DNA from: Nitrospiraceae bacterium UBA665
Lineage (GTDB): Bacteria > Nitrospirota > Thermodesulfovibrionia > Thermodesulfovibrionales > Dissulfurispiraceae
Direction: 5' to 3'
Assembly (NCBI GenBank): GCA_002299835.1
Contig: DBNT01000114.1
Span: forward strand, 1,123-65,122
DNA: 64,000 nucleotides
Shown: one piece after another, positions 54,030 to 63,172 of the stretch
Layout: the number at the start of each line of letters is the position of its first letter
Numbering within the stretch: the stretch's first letter is position 1
Made by a program: the position numbers and the translations under genes
Notes under the pieces: generated by a model
Told to the model about the DNA's origin: nothing
Databases searched by the model: none
The model's input: only the letters and a program-made list of their open reading frames with translations

Positions 54030-54680
54030 ACGTCCGTGCCAAGCGATGATAAATGTAACAAATCTGAGAGCCATAACTCGGAAGAGTGCTATGGGAAGAC
54101 TGACATGGGCAACAAATGTGAACTCTCGATAAACTTCGTTAACCCAGAAAGGCTAAAATGGCTGATAAGCCTTAACCAAAAATGGTAAGTGGGTAGTTAT
54201 AACGCTTATATTTCGTTATAACGATAGGTTACATCCCCATCCACTCCATTACAGAATGGCATTCGCTTTTTCCTCAATCCTCTGCTTGCTGGACTTTTGT
54301 AGTCAGTTGCCTGCTATTTAGTCATCACATAAGTATGACAGTTCATTAGGTTTATCATGTTCTTTAATGTTGAGATGCGACTGATTTAGGGTCTCTCTAT
54401 TCTCCGATAGGGTGAATGCCTAATCCGAAAGGATGCTGACTTCCTCGTGGTAACACGATAAAGTAATTTATCAGGAGATAGTGAAATGAACGCTGGATTG
54501 AAGGCAGAAATGTCAAAAAGGTTTCATATTCTTTCTGATTGGAGATCCATTGATTGGAAGAAAATCGAAAGAAGAGTGAAAAACCTGAGAAAGAGAAAGC
54601 TGCTTGAGCCGTATGAAGGGAAACTTTCACGTACGGTTCTTAGGGGAGGGGATGACAGTGATGTTATCTCCTTACCCGAC
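54030..54680 (+). pseudogene. 5'-truncated, RT-ORF-deleted group II intron relic with an internal ~170-bp inversion
   Basis: Aligns with 47078..49230 except for a clean deletion of the RT ORF. Segment 54242..54415 is the reverse complement of 47288..47449. Domain V is intact at 54606..54639. Confidence 0.8.
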
Positions 54681-54774
54681 GTATTAACCTTGAAAATTTC
54701 TGCTACTTAAACCTTAGTAAGTCGGTAAGGTCAAGACTTGCAGAGGTGGCAGCGGAACTATTGTAGGTGGCGAA

Positions 54775-54927
54775 ATGGACATTTTTAACTTTTTCAGAAA
54801 GATGCGATACTGCGAGATATGCAGCAGGGAAATGGGAATGGTGTCTTTACTTGAGTATGAGGCGAGACATAGGCATTGCGAATTTTGCATATGCAGTAAA
54901 TGCGATTCGTATATGTTAGGTATGTGA
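54775..54927 (+). CDS. hypothetical Cys-rich 50-aa protein
   Basis: AGGTGG RBS. CEIC...CEFCICSKC. Confidence 0.4.
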   Translation: MDIFNFFRKMRYCEICSREMGMVSLLEYEARHRHCEFCICSKCDSYMLGM

Positions 54928-54960
54928 ATTTGCAAGTAATATTGTATATAGGAGTTACAT

Positions 54961-56325
54961 TTGAGATCTATAGAGGAAATTAAATCAAAACTCGATATTG
55001 TCAGTCATATAGCTGAGTATGTAAGCATTAAAAAGGCAGGCCAGAATTTCTCTGGCCTGTGCCCCTTCCATACAGAGAAAACTTCATCTTTTATAGTTAG
55101 TCCATCCAAACAGATATTTAACTGCTTTGGGTGTCATACAGGAGGGGATATATTCGCCTTTGAAATGAAAATCAATAATACATCTTTCTCTGAGGCACTT
55201 GAGTCGCTGGCTAAAAAAGCAGGTGTTGAGATTAAGGACAACGGAGGAGATCCCCACATAAATCGATTATATGAGGCGAATGAGGCTGCTTTGAGATTTT
55301 TCCAGCGGGAGATATTAAAGTCCCCGTCGGCATGGGAATACCTTTCTAATAGAGGAATTAATATGGATTTTATTGAAAGGTTTAGAATTGGGTATGCCGG
55401 ATCTTCTGCTGTAAAACATTTACTTTCAGAGGGTTTTACGGAAAATGAGATAGTGGACGCGGGTCTCGGCAGGAAGAACGGTATTTTGAATGACGTATTC
55501 TGGGGCAGGGTGATGTTCCCTGTTATAGTCAGAGGAAAGGTAAGGGGTTTTGGGGGTAGGGCTATTAAAGAAGTCCATCCCAAATATATAAATACTTCAT
55601 CAACCCCAATTTTTAACAAAAGTGAAATCCTCTATTGTTTTGACCCTGTAGCCGTAAAGGAAAAAGGGTATGCGATAATCGTGGAGGGATATATAGACGC
55701 ACTTATGTGCCATTTCTATGGTGTTACCAATGCCGTTTCCCCTATGGGTACAGCATTTACTCAGGGACAGTTAGAGATTCTTCAGAGATACTGCAATAGA
55801 GTCGTTTTAGTGTTCGATGGCGACTCTGCGGGGAAGCACGCTGCAGTGAGAACAACAAAAATGATGTTTGACCAGTATGTGAATTGCTCGGTCGTAATGC
55901 TGCCTGACAGAGAAGACCCTGACTCATTTTTACGGAAAGGCGGGGACTTGATAGGACTAATAGAAAATAAGGCAATCCCTGCAAGTGTTTTTCTTGCAAG
56001 ATGTAAAGGCGCAAGAAAAATGGTCTTTAATAAACTTTTAGGGCGATCTTCGTTTCAAGTTGCCGAGTTCCTTGCATACGGAGGCGCTGCAGAAGAAATG
56101 GAAATGTTTTCCCAATTGAGCGCAAGGGATTTTATTCTGCCGTTTCTTAAAAAGTCGCCTGTTGTTTTCAGAAAAGGGGAAGTAGAGGTTAAGAAACATG
56201 GAGACAACCTTGTGCTATTAAGCAAAGGACGCTTTATGCTTTACCGTCCAATTGTGAGCGATTTTAAGAAAGAGGCTGCTGATATGGCACGGATATTACA
56301 AGCTCGAGTTAGAAGAAAAACTTAA
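54961..56325 (+). CDS. dnaG: DNA primase, DnaG type
   Basis: CHC2 zinc finger GLCPFHTEKTSSF...CFGCHTGGD. TOPRIM IIVEGYIDAL and VFDGDSAG. TTG start after AGGAG. Confidence 0.85.
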   Translation: MRSIEEIKSKLDIVSHIAEYVSIKKAGQNFSGLCPFHTEKTSSFIVSPSKQIFNCFGCHTGGDIFAFEMKINNTSFSEALESLAKKAGVEIKDNGGDPHINRLYEANEAALRFFQREILKSPSAWEYLSNRGINMDFIERFRIGYAGSSAVKHLLSEGFTENEIVDAGLGRKNGILNDVFWGRVMFPVIVRGKVRGFGGRAIKEVHPKYINTSSTPIFNKSEILYCFDPVAVKEKGYAIIVEGYIDALMCHFYGVTNAVSPMGTAFTQGQLEILQRYCNRVVLVFDGDSAGKHAAVRTTKMMFDQYVNCSVVMLPDREDPDSFLRKGGDLIGLIENKAIPASVFLARCKGARKMVFNKLLGRSSFQVAEFLAYGGAAEEMEMFSQLSARDFILPFLKKSPVVFRKGEVEVKKHGDNLVLLSKGRFMLYRPIVSDFKKEAADMARILQARVRRKT

Positions 56326-56516
56326 AGGGGCGGTCAGAAGTGCCCCTTTAAAAAATCAGAAAGAAGACCCGTGACGATTCTGAAAAAACCAGTCAGGCGC
56401 GAAACAAATGCGGTCTATCGAGGCCGTAATATCATTATACAGATTGAGCCTCCGTCTATTGTCAGAGTGAAAGAAAAAGGGCGGCGGCTAGAGAAGGAAA
56501 AAAGGAGAAAAATAAT

Positions 56517-57518
56517 ATGTCCCGTTTTATATTAGAAGACGACTTAAAAGACAATAGCCTTGAAGAAGAGATAGAAGAGGAAAACATCAACAACAATATA
56601 TATGCCATTACATCTTTGCAGACAAAAACGGCAAGGAATGGGGATAAGGTTAGCAGTTTTGTCCTGCGGAACAAGCAAGGATTTCTAAATGCTGTATTAT
56701 TTGGCATATGCGACTGTAAGGAGGGCGATATTGTCGAGGTTTCAGGAACCATGGGATATTATAATAACGCCCCACAGATTAATATATATCAAATTAAGAC
56801 TGTTAAGCCGACAGAAGAATACATCAACAAAGTATTGCCGTCCTGCAAAACACCTGTAGAAGTCCTAAAATCAGATGTTAAGATTCTAATAGACCAAATT
56901 AAAGACAAGGCATTGGCAGAATTCATTGACAGGCTTATTGGAAGTCAACCAAAGTTTTATACTGCGCCTGCGGCAAAGAGGATTCACCATGCGACCATAG
57001 GTGGATTAGCAGAACACAGCATACAGGTTGCCAAGATAGCGTCTTCATATGCGCCATATTATAACTGCAATGCAGATATAGTCATAGCAGGGGGATTACT
57101 GCACGACATCGGCAAGATATGCGAATTTGATGTTACAGGCAATATCAATTATAGCAATACAGGACGTTTATTAGGACACTCCCACATAGGAACACAAATG
57201 GTAGTGGTAACAGCCATTTTTAACAATACTATGGAAGATAAACATCCTGCGATTAGCGAGTCTACAGTAGAAGATATCCTGCACATTATACTGTCTCATC
57301 ATGGAGAGCAAGAATATGGCGCAGCAGTGAAGCCTGCCACTGTTGAGGCGTTATTAGTGCATTTAGCGGACTATATGGACTCAAAAATGGATGCTGCCAT
57401 AGAGCAGATCAAAAACGATAGCACCCCTGGCGATTGGACATCATATGATCATGCAACTGAAACTGCATATAGGAAAAATAACAATCAAGGCTTGCCGTCT
57501 TTAGAGGATCTTATGTGA
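56517..57518 (+). CDS. OB-fold plus HD-domain phosphohydrolase, YhaM-like 3'-5' exonuclease architecture
   Basis: N-terminal OB segment. HD motifs HHATIGGLAEHS, GGLLHDIGK and LSHHGEQEYG. Confidence 0.7.
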   Translation: MSRFILEDDLKDNSLEEEIEEENINNNIYAITSLQTKTARNGDKVSSFVLRNKQGFLNAVLFGICDCKEGDIVEVSGTMGYYNNAPQINIYQIKTVKPTEEYINKVLPSCKTPVEVLKSDVKILIDQIKDKALAEFIDRLIGSQPKFYTAPAAKRIHHATIGGLAEHSIQVAKIASSYAPYYNCNADIVIAGGLLHDIGKICEFDVTGNINYSNTGRLLGHSHIGTQMVVVTAIFNNTMEDKHPAISESTVEDILHIILSHHGEQEYGAAVKPATVEALLVHLADYMDSKMDAAIEQIKNDSTPGDWTSYDHATETAYRKNNNQGLPSLEDLM

Positions 57519-57549
57519 CCTTTGAAGACTGAGTTCACTCAATAATTTT

Positions 57550-57930
57550 ATGAACAAAAAATTAATTTTAGACGTTGCTATCGTATTTATTGTTGTAGTA
57601 GTAATAGTGTTGTTGTTTGTTATAACATTTCTATTAGCACAGCAAGAGCAAGTGAAATTAGCAGAACAGAGAACAAAAATAATAGAACAAACAGAGCGGA
57701 CTAATCAAGATTTTAGACACATAGTTACGTTTGAACAATGCGCTAATGCAGGAGGTGTAATTCTTGATTTAGATCCTCGAAGCTGCACAACTGAGGATGG
57801 CGTCACATTTACCGATTGGCAAGGAGCAGGGAAATTTTGCATTCAAGTTATCACTCCAGCCAAAAATCCTCAAACAGGCGAAGTAAGAAACTTTCCAACG
57901 CCTTGCGATGTACCACGAGGGTGGATATGA
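57550..57930 (+). CDS. membrane-anchored hypothetical protein
   Basis: TM helix [30 protein letters not shown]-coupled to the next gene. Confidence 0.45.
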   Translation: MNKKLILDVAIVFIVVVVIVLLFVITFLLAQQEQVKLAEQRTKIIEQTERTNQDFRHIVTFEQCANAGGVILDLDPRSCTTEDGVTFTDWQGAGKFCIQVITPAKNPQTGEVRNFPTPCDVPRGWI

Positions 57931-58502
57931 GAACAAGTTTTGCAATTGCATTAAAAATAAAAGCTAAGCATGGGATATTGCAAAAATTCATTGATGAAAT
58001 GAATTGGACGCAAAGTGATTTTGCACGCGCACTTGGATTGCAACAGTCAATTGTTGGATTATGGTTCAACATGCAAGATTACCCCCGTAGCCCAGAAACA
58101 ATGGAGAAAGTTTGTCGTCTCATAGGTAAAGCCCCTGAAGAAATATTCCCGAAGTTTTTGAGCGACCCAAAATTTCTTGGAATGAAAAAGAAATGGACAT
58201 TATACCGTGAAGTTGACCTTGAATTTTTGCCTTTCAACGAAGTCCCGGAATTGGAATATACGCCTGATATGGACAGCTTTGATGTGAAAGACAAAATAGC
58301 AAAGGTATTAAAAACATTGTCGCCGAAAGAGGAAAAAGTAATCCGAATGCGATTTGGGCTTACGGATGAGGAGACTGAACATACATTAGAAGAAATAGCG
58401 AAAAAACTTATTATCTCACGGGAACGCGTAAGGCAGATTGAACAAGAAGCGATTAGGAAACTACAACATAGTTCAAGAAGCCGAATATTGGAATGCCTAT
58501 AG
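57927..58502 (+). CDS. HTH protein with a sigma-70 region 4 domain
   Basis: N-terminal XRE-like HTH ([20 protein letters not shown]). C-terminal [27 protein letters not shown]. Confidence 0.7.
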   Translation: MRTSFAIALKIKAKHGILQKFIDEMNWTQSDFARALGLQQSIVGLWFNMQDYPRSPETMEKVCRLIGKAPEEIFPKFLSDPKFLGMKKKWTLYREVDLEFLPFNEVPELEYTPDMDSFDVKDKIAKVLKTLSPKEEKVIRMRFGLTDEETEHTLEEIAKKLIISRERVRQIEQEAIRKLQHSSRSRILECL

Positions 58503-58533
58503 ATTAGATAGAGGTTTTCCGCTTTATAGGATG

Positions 58534-59031
58534 GACATAATGGACAACAAGAGATACAAAGTAACTTATAAGTTACTCTATCCTTTTGTGATTCTTGACA
58601 GCAGACAGTCTTACGATTCTCTTCTGGCATGGTCTGCCTTTGATATGCTCCAAAGAAATGGCGAAAGGATAACTAGCCCTAACGAGATTATAAGCATCAT
58701 AGACAACCTGCCTGTCAAAAAAGTGTTTTATAACGACATCCATTTCTATGCGACATCAAGTCCTATAGTAGATGCTATATTGACCCAAAAAACCACGATA
58801 TATAAGTCGCTCACGAGATATAAACAGTTTTCTGTCAGTATGGATATATTGCATGTCAAGGAAGTCTCTTATCTTGCCGATGTAACCGACTTTGAGTTGT
58901 TTAAGGATCTGGCGGAAAACATAGGATATATTGGAAAAAAGAGGGCGTTGGGCTACGGAAGAGTTATGGATGTCTCTATCTGCCCTACTGATGAGACTAT
59001 CAGCAGGATTGCGACTATAGCAGGATTATGA
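58534..59031 (+). CDS. hypothetical protein with a RAMP-like glycine-rich loop
   Basis: Beta-strand-like N-terminus YKVTYKLLYPFVIL. C-terminal IGKKRALGYGRV resembles the Cas6/CasE G-loop. The start is uncertain. Confidence 0.4.
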   Translation, partial: DIMDNKRYKVTYKLLYPFVILDSRQSYDSLLAWSAFDMLQRNGERITSPNEIISIIDNLPVKKVFYNDIHFYATSSPIVDAILTQKTTIYKSLTRYKQFSVSMDILHVKEVSYLADVTDFELFKDLAENIGYIGKKRALGYGRVMDVSICPTDETISRIATIAGL

Positions 59032-59172
59032 GCATTGTAGGTTTTCACAATGTTTCATAATCCTTTCACTGGTTATTCAAACTTATTTGGTATTATCAAT
59101 TAAAAGGCAATAGGCAATCCAGATTATCTGGATAGTTCAGTATTACAAATAACACGGAAAGGAGGAAGGAAC

Positions 59173-59460
59173 ATGAAAACAAAGTCCATAGTAGCATTGC
59201 TGATTATCATTGCATTCACAGTAGGCGCAACAGGACTTGCATTTGCTACAAAGAATGTAGCCGGCAAGGAGACAGCTGATATCAGGGGAACCGTCACAAA
59301 GATTGAAGACAATAAGATAACCGTGAAAGTCGCAGACAAGAAAGAGACAACTGTAGAAGTTAAAAAACTTCCGGAAGGTCTCAAGATTGGCGATAGAGTA
59401 GTAGTTAAAGATGGAGAAGTGACAAGGGAAAGACCAAGAAGGGTCATAGAAGGATGTTAA
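59173..59460 (+). CDS. secreted hypothetical protein
   Basis: AAGGAGG RBS. Signal peptide MKTKSIVALLIIIAFTVGATGLAFA. Confidence 0.6.
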   Translation: MKTKSIVALLIIIAFTVGATGLAFATKNVAGKETADIRGTVTKIEDNKITVKVADKKETTVEVKKLPEGLKIGDRVVVKDGEVTRERPRRVIEGC

Positions 59461-59515
59461 ACAATCTATTGGGCTATAGGCTGTAGGCTCTACCTATAGC
59501 CCAGCGAGGAAAAAC

Positions 59516-59824
59516 ATGAAAACAGTTGTAACAATAATGGCTGTTTGGATTGCAGTTGTATTTATAGGAAGCACTTTTGCATCGCCGCCAGGTAGAAATG
59601 TTGAATATGCAGGGGGCGGAGCAGGCAAGGTTATCTTTGACGGAAGAGTCCATGCTGACCAAAAAATCAGATGTGCTGACTGTCACCCTAAGATTTTCAC
59701 AATGAAGAAGGAATCAAGGATGACTATGGCAGATCATAACGCTAATAGGTTCTGTTTTGCCTGTCATGACGGTAAAAGGGCATTCAGCGCAGCAAATAAT
59801 TGCGCTAAATGTCATAAGAAATAA
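59516..59824 (+). CDS. triheme c-type cytochrome (c3/c7 family), periplasmic
   Basis: Signal peptide and three CxxCH motifs (CADCH, CFACH, CAKCH) in about 100 aa. Confidence 0.8.
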   Translation: MKTVVTIMAVWIAVVFIGSTFASPPGRNVEYAGGGAGKVIFDGRVHADQKIRCADCHPKIFTMKKESRMTMADHNANRFCFACHDGKRAFSAANNCAKCHKK

Positions 59825-59866
59825 CAACTCTACAGGCGGCTGCGGATTGAAACATTGGAGGTTTCT

Positions 59867-60280
59867 GTGATAAAAAAGATTGCGCTTGTTGCGCATGATA
59901 ACCTAAAAAATGACCTTATTGAATGGGCAAAATATAATAAAGATGTCCTTATGTATCATGAACTCTATGCCACAGGGACAACGGGCTCAATTTTATCAAA
60001 GTCGGTTGGTCTTTCAGTCCATTGCTTTAAAAGCGGACCTCTCGGAGGGGATCAACAGATAGGGGCAAGGATTGCCGAAGGCGATTTAGATATTCTGATA
60101 TTTTTCTGGGACCCCTTGGAGCCTCATCCTCATGATGTTGATGTAAAGGCTCTTCTCAGAATTGCAGTGGTATATAACATACCAGTTGCATGCAACCGGT
60201 CTACTGCTGATTTTATCATATCTTCTGAATTAATGCATGTAAAATACGAAAGGAAGCTAACGGAGGTAAAAAATGTTTAA
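59867..60280 (+). CDS. mgsA: methylglyoxal synthase
   Basis: [31 protein letters not shown] and [10 protein letters not shown] motifs. GTG start after GGAGG. Confidence 0.85.
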   Translation: MIKKIALVAHDNLKNDLIEWAKYNKDVLMYHELYATGTTGSILSKSVGLSVHCFKSGPLGGDQQIGARIAEGDLDILIFFWDPLEPHPHDVDVKALLRIAVVYNIPVACNRSTADFIISSELMHVKYERKLTEVKNV

Positions 60281-60707
60281 AAAACTAACAACTCTATTCA
60301 TAGTCGTTTTAATATTAACTTTGTCGGCGGGTTGTGCCACTACGCATCATGGTCAAGGTGCAGGAGCAGGCGCTGTATTAGGCGGTGTAGCAGGGGCGCT
60401 TCTTGACGGGGGGAACCCGTGGCGTGGGGCAGTTATAGGTGCAGCCATTGGGGGCGCCGCAGGATATACATTAACAGACATATCCGTCAGGGCGTCAAAA
60501 GAGGCTGCTGCATCCGGAAGACCTGTTGAATACAGAACACAGGACGGCAGAACCTTCCACCGCGCTGAGCCTGTTGGCGGCTTTCATCATCCAGATGCTC
60601 ATACAAGATGCAGGAAAGTTCATGAGAGAACATGGGAAGATGGCAGATTAGTAAGGGATAATGTACGGGAAGTTTGCGAAAGCACAAAAACAGAAAGAAG
60701 ATACTAA
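60273..60707 (+). CDS. lipoprotein with a glycine-zipper segment
   Basis: Lipobox [21 protein letters not shown]...[13 protein letters not shown]. Confidence 0.65.
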   Translation: MFKKLTTLFIVVLILTLSAGCATTHHGQGAGAGAVLGGVAGALLDGGNPWRGAVIGAAIGGAAGYTLTDISVRASKEAAASGRPVEYRTQDGRTFHRAEPVGGFHHPDAHTRCRKVHERTWEDGRLVRDNVREVCESTKTERRY

Positions 60708-60772
60708 TATTAGAGCAACAGTTATTAGGGGAGCATCAGGTGGATTGAATCATAATATTTAGTAGCACTAAG

Positions 60773-60830
60773 TCATAACCCCGGAGGCAGTATTCTTTGG
60801 ATATTGCTTTCGGGGTTTTTTATTTTTGAA
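60773..60830 (+). repeat. GGCAGTATT hairpin element copy 3, terminator-like
   Basis: CATAACCCCGGAGGCAGTATTCTTTGG...TCGGGGTTTTTTATTTT has the same layout as the 25107 and 27960 elements. Confidence 0.45.
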
Positions 60831-60845
60831 AAAAGGAGTCTGCCA

Positions 60846-61307
60846 ATGTACACAATAACTAGACAAAAGCAATGGACTGAAGGCAATCCAGTTGTAGAGG
60901 TTTCATACGGCGGAATTGACTACTGCAACCCAGATGCCCTTGCAAAAAAATATCCGGGAGAGTTTGAAGAGTTCAGTGACCCTCGGAAAGCTATAGAAAC
61001 TGCCATAGCGATTTGCCTCGCGTGGAGAAAGGACGGAGAAAGGAAAGCAAAAGTCGGCATCGGCAGCACTGGCGGCATGACAATGCCTTTTGAAACCTGC
61101 ACGATTAAGCAAGCACAAAAATGGGCAGAAGAAGAATATAAGACACTTCCTAATTGCCCACAGTGCGCCAAAATTATGGAGAAAAACCAAGAAAAATGGT
61201 CAATAGGATTTATAACCAAAGACGGCGAATTTATCTCTTATGAAGAGTATATCTATTGTTCAGAGTATTGTGCTGAGAAAAACTACACTTATGAGGAGGA
61301 CAATTAA
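60846..61307 (+). CDS. hypothetical protein with a zinc ribbon
   Basis: AAGGAG RBS before ATG 60846. CPQC...CSEYC. Confidence 0.55.
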   Translation: MYTITRQKQWTEGNPVVEVSYGGIDYCNPDALAKKYPGEFEEFSDPRKAIETAIAICLAWRKDGERKAKVGIGSTGGMTMPFETCTIKQAQKWAEEEYKTLPNCPQCAKIMEKNQEKWSIGFITKDGEFISYEEYIYCSEYCAEKNYTYEEDN

Positions 61308-61805
61308 ATGGGAAGAGGAAGCCTGTATAGATATGAACACTATATGCTTTTTGACTCTAATGAACATTTTGGATACGAAGCAATATCCTGTCACTGTTGT
61401 GAATACCAAGAAGTTTTTTACGGATACAATGAATCACCTAACATGTGCCCAAACTGCGGGAAGAAACTCAATGTCTCTTACGAATTTGACAACTTTTTCT
61501 ATGAAGACTTCAAAGCACATGTTGCACTCTTAACTAAAGCAGACAAGATTGCTAAATGGATAGATAGAGAAGCCTATATTTTTGCAGAAACTGAAAAAAT
61601 GGAAATAGGTATAGACACAAGTGGAGGACTGACGGCTCTGTTCGTCAAGCCCAAAACATATTTTCATAACTTTTCTGAAGAAGAAAAAGAGTATACCATT
61701 CACAAAATAGTTAAAAAGGCATTCAACAATCTCATCAAAGAATACAAAGATATGTTCAGAAGTCCAACATCAGCATGGACTTCTGAACATATAACCCAAT
61801 ATTAG
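61308..61805 (+). CDS. hypothetical protein with a zinc ribbon
   Basis: TAAATG junction. CHCC...CPNCG. Confidence 0.55.
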   Translation: MGRGSLYRYEHYMLFDSNEHFGYEAISCHCCEYQEVFYGYNESPNMCPNCGKKLNVSYEFDNFFYEDFKAHVALLTKADKIAKWIDREAYIFAETEKMEIGIDTSGGLTALFVKPKTYFHNFSEEEKEYTIHKIVKKAFNNLIKEYKDMFRSPTSAWTSEHITQY

Positions 61806-61821
61806 GAGACATAGAAAACAA

Positions 61822-62358
61822 ATGATCATTGACCAAAAAACTACCGAAAAATACGAAACACTTGAAAGGCTTATCAACGGCGAAAAGGTCGAAAGCCTTA
61901 AGCCAATAATCGAGTATTTAAAAGAAGGTATCAAAAACGACAAGGAATTCTACAATTTCTTGCTCGCCAAGTATCCGCCTGTCGTAATACTCACAGACAC
62001 AATTGGATATAGAGAACTTCTGCTTGTAGAATGGATGGGGAAAATATATCCGTGCTGGACAACGGGACATAGCAACAAAACAGTGCCATGCTTTTCAAAA
62101 CCGCCGATTCCGTTTGCAACCATCCATAACGGTAAGGTTTATGGAGCAGAGGGTAAAAACCAATACTGGGATCAAGATAAATTTGAAGGAGTCAGCACCA
62201 TTGAGCAATTCAAGCAAAGAATTAAAGAACTACAGCAAGAGGCTGAGGACTACATAGAAGCCCTAAGTTTCAATTCAGAACACAAGACAATAGAAAATGC
62301 AACATCTTCAGAAATAGTCAAGCCAGAGACAACAATAAAGGCGCAAACACTTTTTTAA
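61822..62358 (+). CDS. hypothetical protein
   Basis: AGGAG RBS. 178 aa. Confidence 0.55.
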   Translation: MIIDQKTTEKYETLERLINGEKVESLKPIIEYLKEGIKNDKEFYNFLLAKYPPVVILTDTIGYRELLLVEWMGKIYPCWTTGHSNKTVPCFSKPPIPFATIHNGKVYGAEGKNQYWDQDKFEGVSTIEQFKQRIKELQQEAEDYIEALSFNSEHKTIENATSSEIVKPETTIKAQTLF

Positions 62359-62369
62359 AGGAGGCGATC

Positions 62370-63059
62370 ATGTTGCTGTGCGACTTTCATATCCACACAA
62401 AATACTCCGACGGTTCTGTGGAGTTAAGGAAGACAATTGATATTTTTGGACAGGCAGGGTTCGATGCAATCGCAATAACAGACCATGTTGTCAATGGCGA
62501 TAACTTCATCGGAAAACTCGCCCATCGTTTAAAATTATCAGTTACAGCAAAGAATTTTGACGAATATATGTCCAATGTAAAATACGAGGCAGAAAGGGCA
62601 TGGAATAAGTATGAAATGCTTGTAATACCTGGAGTGGAAATCACTAAAAACTACATTGCCCCTGGCAAATCAGCCCATATCCTTATCATTGATGTAAAAG
62701 AATTTATCCCTGCCTGCCTGAAATATGAAAAGATCTTTCTTGAGGCAAAACAGCAGAATGCCCTTATAGTTGCATGTCATCCGCACAACATGTCGGATAT
62801 AAGCATGGACACCTTATTTTTATGGAATAACAAGGAAAAATATGCCAGATACATAGACGCATGGGAGATTGCCAATAGGGATGATGTATTTAATGTAGTA
62901 AGCCTTAAAAAATATCCATATATTGCAAACAGCGATTTTCACAAGGCAAGACATCTGTATTCATGGAAGACATTACTTAACTGCGAAAAAGATGTTGAAT
63001 CAATTAAAAATTGCATAAAGCATAATAAAGGAGTAGCAATAACACTTTTTAGAAATTAG
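62370..63059 (+). CDS. PHP-domain metal-dependent phosphoesterase
   Basis: CDFHIHTKYSDGS, AITDH, ACHPH and NSDFH motifs. AAGGAGG RBS. A terminator hairpin follows. Confidence 0.75.
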   Translation: MLLCDFHIHTKYSDGSVELRKTIDIFGQAGFDAIAITDHVVNGDNFIGKLAHRLKLSVTAKNFDEYMSNVKYEAERAWNKYEMLVIPGVEITKNYIAPGKSAHILIIDVKEFIPACLKYEKIFLEAKQQNALIVACHPHNMSDISMDTLFLWNNKEKYARYIDAWEIANRDDVFNVVSLKKYPYIANSDFHKARHLYSWKTLLNCEKDVESIKNCIKHNKGVAITLFRN

Positions 63060-63172
63060 GAAGGAGGAATGAGTAAGGGCAGGGTGGCATTGCTTTGCAA
63101 CGCCTTGCCCTTGTATTTTTATTAGTGCTAAAAAAATTTGGTTTTTTACCAGTCCTATCTTACTGTGTGTTT

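Noticed and set aside
40184-54700. Trans-splicing between the intron 5' stub and the 3' relic to join coding exons.
   Set aside because: A TAA stop lies 1 nt before the stub 5' splice site. No open frame continues after 54680, so no exon pair is apparent.
54486-54710. 74-aa ORF 54486..54710 as a real gene.
   Set aside because: It is the fusion of the first ~36 codons of the intron RT with read-through of domains V/VI, created by the RT deletion.
59040-59172. A prophage or ICE attachment boundary between the mobile-element genes and the cytochrome/mgsA island.
   Set aside because: No tRNA, integrase or direct repeat pair was found in the window, and phage-like small genes resume at 60.8 kb.
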